Origin: Takakia lepidozioides | Taxonomy: Eukaryota; Plantae; Bryophyta | Direction: 5' to 3' | Assembly (NCBI GenBank): GCA_030704615.1 | Contig: CM060733.1 | Location: 58,404,001 to 58,468,000, forward strand | Length of the DNA: 64,000 bases | Shown: positions 1 through 10,936 of the stretch, piece after piece | How the letters are laid out: each line of letters opens with the position of its first letter | Position numbering within the stretch: the first letter of the stretch is position 1 | Made by a program: the position numbers and the translations under genes | Notes under the pieces: generated by a model | Told to the model about the DNA's origin: nothing | What the model saw: the letters and a program-made list of their open reading frames with translations, nothing else | Databases searched by the model: none

Positions 1-953
1 GCAAAGGACAACACGACATGTATGTCCCAAACCGTTCTGGAAGGGTCAGCCAAGACCTATTTTTAAAGCTGACATACCGTTAAAGAGCCTTTCATAAATA
101 GTTGTCAAACCAGTTCATAAAACAGTTGTTAAGCAGTTATGTGCCTTTACAGACACATGTGAAATGATGGCGGAGACTGACATCCGATGCCACTCCAATG
201 TGTTCAGCCACGTGGTACCCGACATGCATTGAGTATAGGGTTTAAGAGGAAAATCGGCGTCGAACGAATGGAAGATGTTCATCCGGGAGAATCCAAAAAA
301 TCTACTGAAATTAGTCATCCATCCGAATCAAATCCATGCGATGGCCATACCTCCATAATGAAAGACGGCGGCCACTGCAGAATGGACGAGTGTGCCGTTA
401 GGGAGGGGACACGTATGCAGTGAATACATGCATAACCGCCGAGAGCGATGCCCCGGCTGCTACTCATCGCACAACGTCTCTCATTCCAGTAGATCGTAGA
501 TTTTCAAGCTGGAAAGTAGCAGGAGACAGAGTTTCGCACAAGAGAGTGGAAGGCGTAGAAGACAGTCATTCTTTTTTACTTCAGCGCGAGAGAGGAAGAA
601 GGCAAGAGAGAGAATGAAAGGCCGAAAGCTGAACATGACACTGAAGGAGATCGTAGAGGACAGCGCAGCCCTGGAAACCGAACACATGGCGGTGGAGGAC
701 CAGCCGCCAGCTCGTGATGAAGTTGGGGACGAAACTGCATCAGAGGACGACACATACGCTATGGATACAGACGAGGCAGACGCTCTTGCGAAGGAATCCA
801 CGCCGAAGGGTAAGAACGTCGTGGAGGAAGAGGCGACGCCAAATGTTAAGAAGGCTGCCGTTGTTGCCACATCAAAGGCATCTGGGAGTTCTTCGGCCAA
901 AGGACCTCAGGTGATTCTCTTACTTGCCATCTTCTGTCATGTTTCCAGGGCAT

Positions 954-1638
954 GAAAATTGCGTGCGGTGGCGCACGCAATTTTCTTGCCCTCTTTTATG
1001 TTTTTTTTTGCTTGATCATTCAAAGTAAGACCACAGGGATGCAGGCAATGCATAACAACCAAACCCGGGTGTGACCCACTTCTCAATTTTCATGTACTGC
1101 ATAGGAGAAGGGACTTTCACATTGCATAATGGTTGTACCATCCCAAGTAGATTAGAGTTCGACAGCTGAGAGAAGGCCATACAGAGAACCTCCAGAAATT
1201 GAGTATGTCAACGCACGCAATTTCGGAATGTTCTCTCTATTACCTTCTCTGAGCTGTGCTAAGTTAACAGAGACAGAAGCCCTGAATAGGCAGAAAAGTG
1301 AGTGTGAGAGAACCGCCAGAAACTGCGTGCGTTGACGCACTCAATTTCTAGAGGTTCTCTGTATGGCCTTCTCTCAGCTGTGCTGTGTTAACAGAGACAG
1401 AATCCCTGAATAAGCAAAAAAGTGAGTGTGAGAGAACCCCCAGAAATTGCGTGCGTCAACGCACGCAGTTTCTGGAGGTTCTCTCACACTCACCTTTCTG
1501 CCTATTCAGGGAGATTAGATTAAATGTCTGCTGCATACTTTTATGGAAGAGAATAGATTGACTTTGGGTATGAAATAGGCAAAGAAATGAGTACCTTTCA
1601 GAGGGTGGAAAATTGCGTGCGTTGAAGCACGCAATTTC
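954..1638. repeat. Array of five palindromes GAAATTGCGTGCG-N4-CGCACGCAATTTC within larger direct and inverted repeats (intron 1 of paralog 1)
   Basis: Copies at 954-985 (perfect 14-bp arms, GTGG spacer), 1195-1224, 1319-1348, 1443-1472 and 1608-1638. Block 1161-1224 is inverted at 1319-1382; block 1263-1312 is repeated at 1387-1438. Confidence 0.93.
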
Positions 1639-3477
1639 TGGCAAGTCTTTTACATTCGTAACCTTTCGTTTTGAGTGCAAACGAAGAAAAGAAAAGGTGC
1701 TACTCAGGTCGAGGAAGAAGTGATTGAGCAGGAACTGGTGGTTGTTGAGGAGGAGGACGATGGCAGGCCATGTGAAGACAGAGCGAAAGATCTGCTTTCA
1801 TTCTCCAAAGTGAATTCTGCCCAAGTCATCAAGGCCATGGGCGTCCCTGGGGGAAAAATAATGATACCCCTATGCCGTTTGATTTCCATGCCCTTTGTTC
1901 GACCAGCTCTGATGAACGACATTCAAAAGTTGGAACAGGATTTTTGCCATGGGTACATAGAGGGTCAATCTGTTTTTTACGTCTCCTTGGCAGACTCCGC
2001 TGGCAGAGAGGTGGTGGTGGACGAGTCCATTGTTGGAGGCTGGGATCCTATCTGGCGACAGATAAACGATGAGTTCGAATCTATCATTTGCAAGAGGCTC
2101 GTCACCCAGCCTTTCTCTGGCAAGATGTTTCATGTGTGGGATGGCAACCACCGATTGCTTGCCTGGAGGAACATGATCGAGAGATATCATAGCACCGAGG
2201 AGGAGTGGCACTACTCTGTGGCCTCAATGGTGTTGGATCCCAAGGGAAACATCACTGCCCTGTTGACGGTAATGCATGACGTTAACAAGTAAGTGTCTTC
2301 TTCACCTGTTATTGTCCGCATTTTTTCCTTCACTGTCTGTTTGCTTTTAGCACTCACTGACGACACACCACTGTATGTGACAGGGGAACTGAAACCGCCC
2401 ATGTGACAACGAACCTTCTTCACACACTATTTAGGATCCAGAATATCGGCCAGATGCCCCTCAATTCATTCAAGAGCATCCTGAGTGCGGAGTCATTCAA
2501 GAAATGTTTGTCATCGAAAACGTCAGATACCTGGTACAAGCTGACGAGGGAAGCATTCATGGAGTACATGTACACTATAAGTATTCCATCGTTTTTCTTC
2601 CATTGTCTGTTGTGATATTGTCAGTAACAAGTGATCTCATTCCGGATTACGTTTTGCAACAAGAAATAGCTGAAGCTAGAGAGAGAGGAAAAGCGGAGTA
2701 CTATTTGAAAAACCCGGAGGGTCTGAGGACGTCCAAGGGAGTGGCGGAAGCCATGAAGTTTACGATGAATGAGATACGGAAGAAGCTCATGAGCGCTTTC
2801 GTGAAACAGCTGAGAATAGCTGACCCTGATTTTGGTCCCGAGTTTCTTAACCAGGTGAGGATCCACTGGAACAATAACACCAAACCGGAGATGACACAGG
2901 AAAAGCTTCACAGGTTGTCAACTGCAGCTGTGGAAGCTAACCAGAAAGTGAAATGGTTGGAGATTTGGAATTCCAACCCAACTGTCAAGGATACATATTG
3001 CTTCCTTAGGGGTGAAAGAGATGAGAACACCGGGCACATCAAACCCTTCAGCAACCAAGTTCTTTGATACATGGTTCACAAAGCCACCTACTGGAGCCAG
3101 GTACTTTTCAGGACTTTCTGTGCTTGAAATTTTTGAGAATATCTTCCCATGAATGGACTCTAACCCATGCATATGTATACCTGCATATTGAAGCTCGTTC
3201 AAACAAGGTGCTGGAGAAAAAGCTTTATGACTACAAAATTACCATGACCGTGCCCGAGGACACTCTGGAGGGTTACTTGAGGCAGTGGAAGGCCACAGCT
3301 TGGAGCAACTGCTTCTTCATAGAGTTTCCCGAGATGGAGGAATCTCCCGAACAAATGACTTTGACCAGCAGTACGGGGCGGAGGGAGCCATGAAGAGGGT
3401 CCTATACAGGTTCGTTAATTTTGTCTTATGTTTGAAAACTATCTTTGGCAATCAATAGACAGGCAGTTTGTGGCCAT

Positions 3478-4900
3478 GAAAAATTGCGTGCGCCAACGCA
3501 CGCAATTTTAGAGGGCCACAAACTCAGATGTGCTCTCTCCTCCATCATGGATTTCAATTTTTCGTTGGCAGTTCTGAATGGAATATCTGTCTGCCGAGAA
3601 GGGGATATCTTTCTGCATATGGAACCCTTTGTTTTCTCCTGTTCTTGTATATGGTACTTGTGAGTGTATTTCGGTTGCCTCATGCTCAAGTATTTGTGCA
3701 CCCCAAACTGTGTGCGTCGACGCACATATTTTGGAAGGGCCGCAATATATATTTTTTTGCCTTCAATGTCTAAAAGTGTACCTCTTTTGTTCTGTAGGTA
3801 TATCAAAAACGTGCTCATTCCGGGAAAAAACCTCAATAAGTACCCTGCCTTCATCGACTTGTGGTCTGACCCCTCTAATAGTCAGACCATGTACACGGCA
3901 GCCATCCTTAGAGACTACGGGAGATATCACCTGAAAGACTGCTGCTGGTATCTAGACATTCCGAAATCAGATTGCCCCTGGTATGAGTTGCAGACACGGA
4001 ACCAGAACGACAATGCGGAGTCTTTGGCCCCTCTTACTGACAAGGAATTGCATGAGAGGAATTTGCGAAACCTCGCTGAGAATGAACCCACAGCCAACAA
4101 AACTCTTGCGAGAGGGAAGGGAAAGGGAAAGGGTACAAAGGACAAAGGGAAGGAGAAGGCCACCCAAGGGGAGACTGCAGGGGGTGAGGTAGCGCAGACC
4201 CCAATTGCAAACAAGGAATGAAAACGTAAGGGGAGGATTGAGCCATACGACGCAGTGGAGCACCCATCCAAAATCCAGCGAGAATGTAAATGCGAGATTG
4301 TCAATGATTCATTCCTTGCCATGATGGAAAGTAGAAAATCTGGTTACACTGGAGAACCCTCTCGAACTTGGGGCAAGCTGTGTGCATTCCTTGACTCGGT
4401 AAGCCAATTCCCACTGTTTGTCTCCTTTACTATTTTCCCTTTTGGATAGTTATTTAATTTTTGTCGTCTGTCTGTTTTCAGGTTTCGAAAGGGCAGTGTT
4501 GGGTCAATGGTTCTCTGAAACCATGTTGTGCCGACTGGTGATTGTGGACATTCCGGATGGGCTGCCAGTACCGGACATCCTACCCACAGGCACTTGCCCA
4601 ACATGGAATGCATTTGATAAGAGGTACTGGCGGTGGGTCTTTTCATTTTGCAATTTTTTTTTATCGGATGCAGGGGTTTTTGTAATGATCCAGTCGGTCA
4701 ATACAAAATGTTGACGGGAGCTTACAAGCTACCTCAAGGCCTCGGGGATGAAAATCATCAAAACGTGGAATGGTGTGAACAGCCTGTACTTGACAAAGGG
4801 CGACTGTCCCGGACAAATGGTAATCGACTTTCTCTTGCCTCCTTCATTTTAAGTTCCATTTCACCCCTGCAGAAATGAGTGCATCAACGCACTCATTTTC
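3478..4900. repeat. Three more copies of the paralog-1 palindrome in introns 5 and 7
   Basis: 3478-3509 AAAATTGCGTGCG-CCAA-CGCACGCAATTTT; 3705-3732 AAACTGTGTGCG-TCGA-CGCACATATTTT; 4872-4900 GAAATGAGTGCA-TCAA-CGCACTCATTTTC. Confidence 0.85.
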
Positions 4901-6095
4901 AGAGGTTTCAAGCACTGTTCTTTCCAGATGATTTTTTTTGGATTCACTAATATGTGCTTCATGTTGTCTTGTGTGTAGACCCGCCTTTTTGAGGTCGTCT
5001 GCCTCGTCAGAGTGCACCCTGCTTCAACTCCCACAGCAGTGAAGGAGTTCAGGCTTCATGGGGGAGGTTCTTTCATCAACGATAACTTCGATCTAGTGGT
5101 GGACGACATGCACTACAATTACGTGGATTCCAATGTGTGCTTGCGAAAGTCTAACTCCACACCATGGAGAGGGGCCAAGGAGAAGAGCCCAGCATTTATT
5201 CCAACAATTGTGGAGACTTGTTCCCATCCCGGGGGGCGTATCGTGGACCTCACTCTTGGCACAGGTTTCACCCCCAGCCTGCTGCGGTGTTTTCTTCTTG
5301 GTGCAAAATTTGTTTATATGTGTCCTGAGAGAACTTTGTCTTGCAGGAGCTTCGTACCATGCTTGCAACGCAGTGGGCAGGCATTTGTTTGGTATGGAAG
5401 GGGATGCGGACATTTTCAATGACCTCCTCCATAACTTGGAAGCGCCAGCGCCGACACCTGCCGCCCAACAACAGGAGGGTATAGTGCATGTGGAAATCAA
5501 CGAAGGGGACGACAAAGTCTTGGACGACGATTTCGCATGTGAGTGAGTTGTTTTTTCTGTAAGCATCCGATTTCTCCCGCGAAAATGGCCCCCCCTTTCC
5601 CATTAATGGTGGCTAATGCAATTATGGATCTTTTGGTGGCAGGATATTGGAAGCTATTCCTTTGGTCGACGTCTCTTTTATTCACAGTGACTTGTGGTGC
5701 AGCCCTCCACGTTCATACATCCTACCCGACTACGCGGAGGCCATTGCTCGTCAACAGAGTTTCATGTTATCTCCCCCATGTGCTCGAAAGCACAATAGGC
5801 ATCTCGGAGCTCGGGTTTACGTCGATGATACTGCACAAGTTTCAGGGGTTAGTTCTAGTGACTGAAATGCAAATTTCATCATTTTGGGGGGTCTCGAGAT
5901 GTTCACAGTTTTAGACATTTTGTGTCCCTCCATAACTTTGTAATAAAAATTGTGCCTGTTCATTGTAATGTCGTTAAAAGATGGTTTTTCATTTTCGTGC
6001 CGTGTATGCATTTACAACAGTGGCTTCTATGCACTTCATACAGTGGATAGTTATATCCTGGTTTGTAGGCTTTGATTGTAATGTACAACAAATGG

Positions 6096-6424
6096 TTGGT
6101 TATGGGTCAAACAAGAAGACAAGGCACCTAGGGGGTGATGTATGTATTGATTCTCGGGTCCAACGCAAGTTAAAAGGCAGCCTCCTGATGCCTAACATTG
6201 GTTATGGGTCAAACAAGAATACAAGGCACCTAGGGGATGATTTGTGGACTCTCGGGTTCAACGCAAGTTCAAGGGCAGCATCCTGATGCGTAACATTGGT
6301 TATGGTTCAAACAAGAAGACAGTGCACTTAGTGGATGGTGTATGGACTCTCGGTTTCAGCGCAAGTTCAAAGGCGGGATCCTCATGCCTAACATTGGTTA
6401 TGGGTCAAACAAGAAGACAAGGCA
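6096..6424 (+). repeat. Tandem repeat, ~98-bp unit, ~3.3 copies
   Basis: TTGGTTATGG(G/T)TCAAACAAGAA starts at 6096, 6198, 6296 and 6394. Confidence 0.92.
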
Positions 6425-8857
6425 GACGTTTTGTCAATTTTTGTTACACAATGTTGTAACACCCGGAATTCCTCCTCATGCACAAACAAGAGCCAAATCA
6501 TTTTGAATGTTGTTGTATAATGGTCATGATGAAAAACCATGAAAGTTGCAATACTCTCGTAACATATAGGTGCACATTTCTACCTCATTGGCAGGGGCCG
6601 CAATAATCATTGGAATCCAAACCATGTTTAGCGTGGTCAGGTGGTGCGTTGCAAGAAGTATAGTGTCGAAATGGCTCGCAATGTGTCGACACTGGAGGAC
6701 AACTAAAGAAGAGCATGCTGCACACCAGAATGTTGCAGTAAGCACTCGGACAAAGTCGCAGCATGAAAGATCACTCTCACATCTGCTGTGTTGTCTTATT
6801 CTACGTTGCTGTCATCTGACTACCTTTCCCCAAATGCCAGACATTCGTTAAATCTTATCAAGTGCTTCAGGACGGATTTTAGGCACAATTTCTAATGTTT
6901 GTGCAAACGACATTGATCGTTGTGCTTGGTTTTCATAAATGTTAGAATGACATCCTCGCTCAACATTCATCCACTCTATCATCCATTCAAGGTATTTCAT
7001 CCACATTTGTCCATAACTATTCATCCCCATTCATCCATATTAGGAGTGTCCCATCCACATTGGCTCTGCTTCATCCTCATAAACTCATCCACAACCATTC
7101 TACACTGATGACAACAACGTAAAATACCACATTAGCATGGCATTAAATCATCTGAGGACCATTGTAGACTGATGACCTGGACATTAATACATCCACAACC
7201 ATTTCAGTCTCTACAAACACTATCATTCTGCAACATTCACCAACAAACCCTAAACTCTCTTCTGCACCTCGCCTCGTCGCCCACACATGATTCCCTATCT
7301 GCCAAATGCGCAATCCGCGGCTATAGGCCCCCATTTGCCTGTTCGGTCCGTGGTTATAGGGCCATGCCTATGAAAATGACGTGGCATGACGTGACGTGGC
7401 GTCGGGCACGCTGGCGAGGTCGGCTGACGTGGCATCAGACCCGTCAGCCAACGTGGCAATAACTGATGACGTGGCGTGAGCCCGCCTAGGCTCACGCGGA
7501 AGCATCCCCCGCCGGTGGATTCACTGTGAACAATTAATGAGCCAATTGTTTTTCTATTATTATCTGAACAGTATAAGAGAGAAGGAAGCGATGAGCCGAA
7601 ATATAGTTGCATAGTGTGCTTGGCAATCTGGTATGAGAACAGAGAGTCACGGTGATGTAGAGGTGCCGAGGAGACGAATGATAGAGTATGACCTCCGGAC
7701 GAAGCCTTGGGCTTTTGTACCGAGTACATTCAAATACCAACATACACATCGTCGTGTTTGGTTCCAAAATGAGGATGACAACATTATTGGGGAGGTATTG
7801 GAGGGCCATGCATCGAGAAAGCATATGTTCCTTGTTATGAGATATGCAACCCACACATATATACTTCATAATTGAGTTGTGATTGTTCCATACATAACAC
7901 TGTATTCGTTAGAAGTGGACAATGGCTTGTCCACTTTAATTGTAGGAGAATTGAAATGGCGTATCTCCAATAAGAGGTTGTAGCCGAATGGTGAAATGAT
8001 ATTTGTTTGTGTCGACTTTGGCTAAAGTTTTTTTTTTTCTTCATTTGCAATAGAATCGTTGATGGTAGTTCTGAATTTACATCAATATCTTATAACTAGG
8101 GTGCGAAGAGTTTTGTCATTACTGGCATGAAACATTGTAAATTTCAAGTCTTTCAATATTTGAGGGTACTCTTTTATCCATACATCAGACATTTATCTAC
8201 ATAATTTACAATATAATATGTACATATATTACAAATATATATTTATGAAAATCATAAGAGAGAAATATCCATAATAGTATATTATGATGCATCCAGAAAT
8301 TCCAACCATCTTTTATTTCATATATGACATGTCTAGTTTTCATCATTTCTGTGGAACAACATTTGGGATATCTTCTGGTATTTACTCCTGGTAAGTTCCT
8401 CTGGGCTATGTCCGTGACAGTTTCCACTATCATATCCATCACTACTACGTCTACGAAGCACTCTTCAGCCGCCATCGTACCTCCCATCTCCCTCTCTTCT
8501 CTCAACAGCTTGCCCTCTTTTCACACCTCTCTGTTTGCTACCATGGTCTTCGCCTCATCATGTTGCTCAAACGGAACCAGTTTTGGAAAGTTTCACAATA
8601 TATATGCTTTCTGGTGTATCGCAATACAAAAAGAGGTCATAGCTTTGTCTGCTCTGTGCTATTCACTAACAGGCTCCAAACGGACCTACTTCTGTCCAAA
8701 TGAAGAAATGACACTACTTCCTCAAGTACTCCTAAAGCTACGACCGCACGGGTCGGCACAAAGTTCACAACACCCCGCGGACCAAGTGTGTCTACACAGA
8801 CATGCTCAAGCGGAAGTATTCCAAGGCCATCGAGAACATGACTCGACCTAATCGCTA

Positions 8858-10920
8858 TGGTAACATACAATTAGCGACCTTATTGCTCTCCTTGCTCCTC
8901 TTTTCCCCCTCCTTCGAGCTCCTCCATGCTCTGTCGACTCCCTGGGACTACCAAAAGGCTCCGATGGAGCACATCTTCCCGACAATCACCACCCAGACAA
9001 CACGACCATTTGGACGCAACTAACCACATGCCTCATACACACAAGAGCAACCCCCGGAAGGCACTTGACGGGCGACCTCATCTCGTGAAGTATCCCCAAC
9101 CCGAGAGTTTATCAAGAGAGCTCGCAGTTGCTGAAATAGAGCAACCCCACGCACACAGCAGCAAGCAGTTCGCCTTGGCTTCGGCGCCATGGAGCTGGCA
9201 ACCAATATAAATCTACCAAGTAATACCAACCTACGTATCAAACAATATAAATCTACCAAACAATACCAACCTACTTATCAAACAATACAAAACATACCTA
9301 TCAACTTGTCGCGCACCTCCCTTCGGTAAGCTCCCCTTCACGTCATAGTTACTCGCTTTGATGCGCGCGCCTGACTCCCAACCTGGCCGCCGGGCCAACT
9401 TGGAGCTTCGGCTGCTCACCGGGACATAACGGTCCCCCTTCGCTTCCCACTAAACCCTCCACCTATTTGGGACTAGTGGAATTCCCTTTGGTAGATGGCA
9501 GTCCGGAACAGCTCCCCACTCTTTGGTCGCTTTCCGGCTCGCTCGCTTACTCACTAGTTTTTGGTCACCAACGGGCTTGCACCGTTCTCGGGGTTACTAC
9601 TCCCTATATATACTTTTGTAGCTGTCCGCGGGGGTTTCACAACCAGCCATGCCATTTTATGGCGAACCACCACGAAAACCCTCGACTCCCGGTGATGAGT
9701 CGCGGTGAGTCTTGGCCCGCTCACCACGGCCCCTATGGACCGTGATGAGTCCCAAGACTCCCCACGACTCCCACCACGAGGTCTCCGCCCCCATGGTGAG
9801 TCCTATGCCACCCCCACTAAGTCCCGCTAAGCTACCACCACCCCTTGTGGAGCCACCCCCACCGCAACCCGGTGTGCGGGGCTCCACCTAGTGAGCGCCT
9901 CCGCTTTCCTGAGTGCCTTGGGCACTCAAGGGTGCTTCAGCCCCCCATACCTATCGCTACCGCTGCCCCCACCACAGGGGCAGCCCCTCATGTGTCCCGA
10001 CCCCCTGCCCTCAAGGCAAAGGGCCGCGACACACACCCCTACCAACAGGGAGTCGATGTCCTCATTGACTTGTCCATTTTGTAGAAACGAACATCCAAGT
10101 TGTGGCGTCCCACATCAAGGAGTTTGTTTCTGCACCATGGCGTCCCATGGCAAAGAACCAAACCCCACATTGACTCTACTCTCCACTAGCTAGTTCGGCC
10201 GACTTCCTCCAAGTCCCGGCCAAGGGTGGAGCCCCTCCAGCTCCTCCCAGTGCACTCTTCTTGGCGTACTTCAAGGCCAAGGAACGATCCTCCCCGAGGA
10301 TCGAATCGCCTTACTGCAACAACATTGCTTGCGATCGCTCATGAGGCCGCTTTTGGCATCACCTTGAGCAAGGGTTCACCTGGAACCCTCTTTGACTAGG
10401 AAGATAACCTTGAACCAACCGTGCGCCCCAATCACTGCAATTGGGTCCGCCTTGGAATGCTGGCATGAGGTACGGGAACACGCCGAAGCCGCACTACGAC
10501 TTCGTCCCGAGGCTACACGATTATAGTACGTGAACGGAAGCACGTAGCTTCCGCGTTAGCCCTTACTACAAGGCAACCCCTCTCGGTAGCGCAGTTATAG
10601 TACGCGCACGCGCCAGGTGCGCACTAGCACGTGAATTCCCAAAGAAGGCGCAAGTTTCTTTGCCCCTTGGATGGGGGTCACCCGATTTCGGCACTACGCA
10701 AACACACGATTAACCCAATCTACCTCTCCCACTTTTATAAGCTAGCATGCATTCTACACACTAGCCAAACATACCATGCATCACCATTCCAAACAAAATA
10801 GGACGCATAACATTTGGAATTCATTTCATTTATAACACATTTTGTACAATACAAGTTTTTGCAATCAGATTCCTAAACTAGCTAAGCCGGGCTAAGCATG
10901 CATTTCCTCCCCCACGCTCC
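8858..10920 (-). mobile_element. Probable 3' non-coding/LTR region of the Ty3/Gypsy element
   Basis: A purine tract GGAGCGTGGGGGAGGAAA (minus strand, 10903-10920) directly follows the pol stop and precedes TG. A second purine tract lies at ~9433-9450. No second LTR is present, so the boundaries are uncertain. Confidence 0.4.
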
Positions 10921-10936
10921 AAGGTTGATGTCCCTA

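Larger units (their letters stand above)
614..5865 (+). pseudogene. ParB/Srx-like domain + beta-class amino-DNA-methyltransferase-like fusion gene, paralog 1 (about 10 exons, disabled)
   Basis: Approximate exons: 614-910, 1681-2288 (FHVWDGNHRLLAW), 2384-2576, 2659-3100, ~3194-3409, 3798-4398, 4482-4819 (VIVDIPDG), 4979-5263 (KEKSPAFIPTIVETCSHPGGRIVDLTLGTG), 5347-5540 (ASYHACNAVGRHLFGME), ~5688-5865. Intron positions match paralogs 2 and 3. Lesions: frameshift ~3065, TGA at ~4712, mutated splice sites at 1680, 2577 and 2658. Confidence 0.85.
1..7510. mobile_element. MULE-family element A (partial; the transposase side would lie left of the window)
   Basis: Contains ParB-MTase paralog 1, followed by a (CATCC)-rich tract (~6950-7100), CCGYGG-N2-ATAGG motifs (7315, 7348), TGACGTGG/GCGTGAGC subterminal repeats and the end GGCTCACGCGGAAGCATCCCCC (7489-7510). 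This mirrors the 45490 end of element B. No transposase of A is visible in the window. Confidence 0.75.

Noticed and set aside
614-5865. Bacterial or prophage contamination as the source of the ParB-MTase
   Set aside because: The gene has spliceosomal GT-AG introns at conserved positions in three paralogs and lies among plant-type transposons and genes.
7633-8851. ORFs 7633-7875 and 8324-8851 as genes
   Set aside because: No recognisable motifs or supported exon structure; they may be decayed fragments but cannot be assigned.
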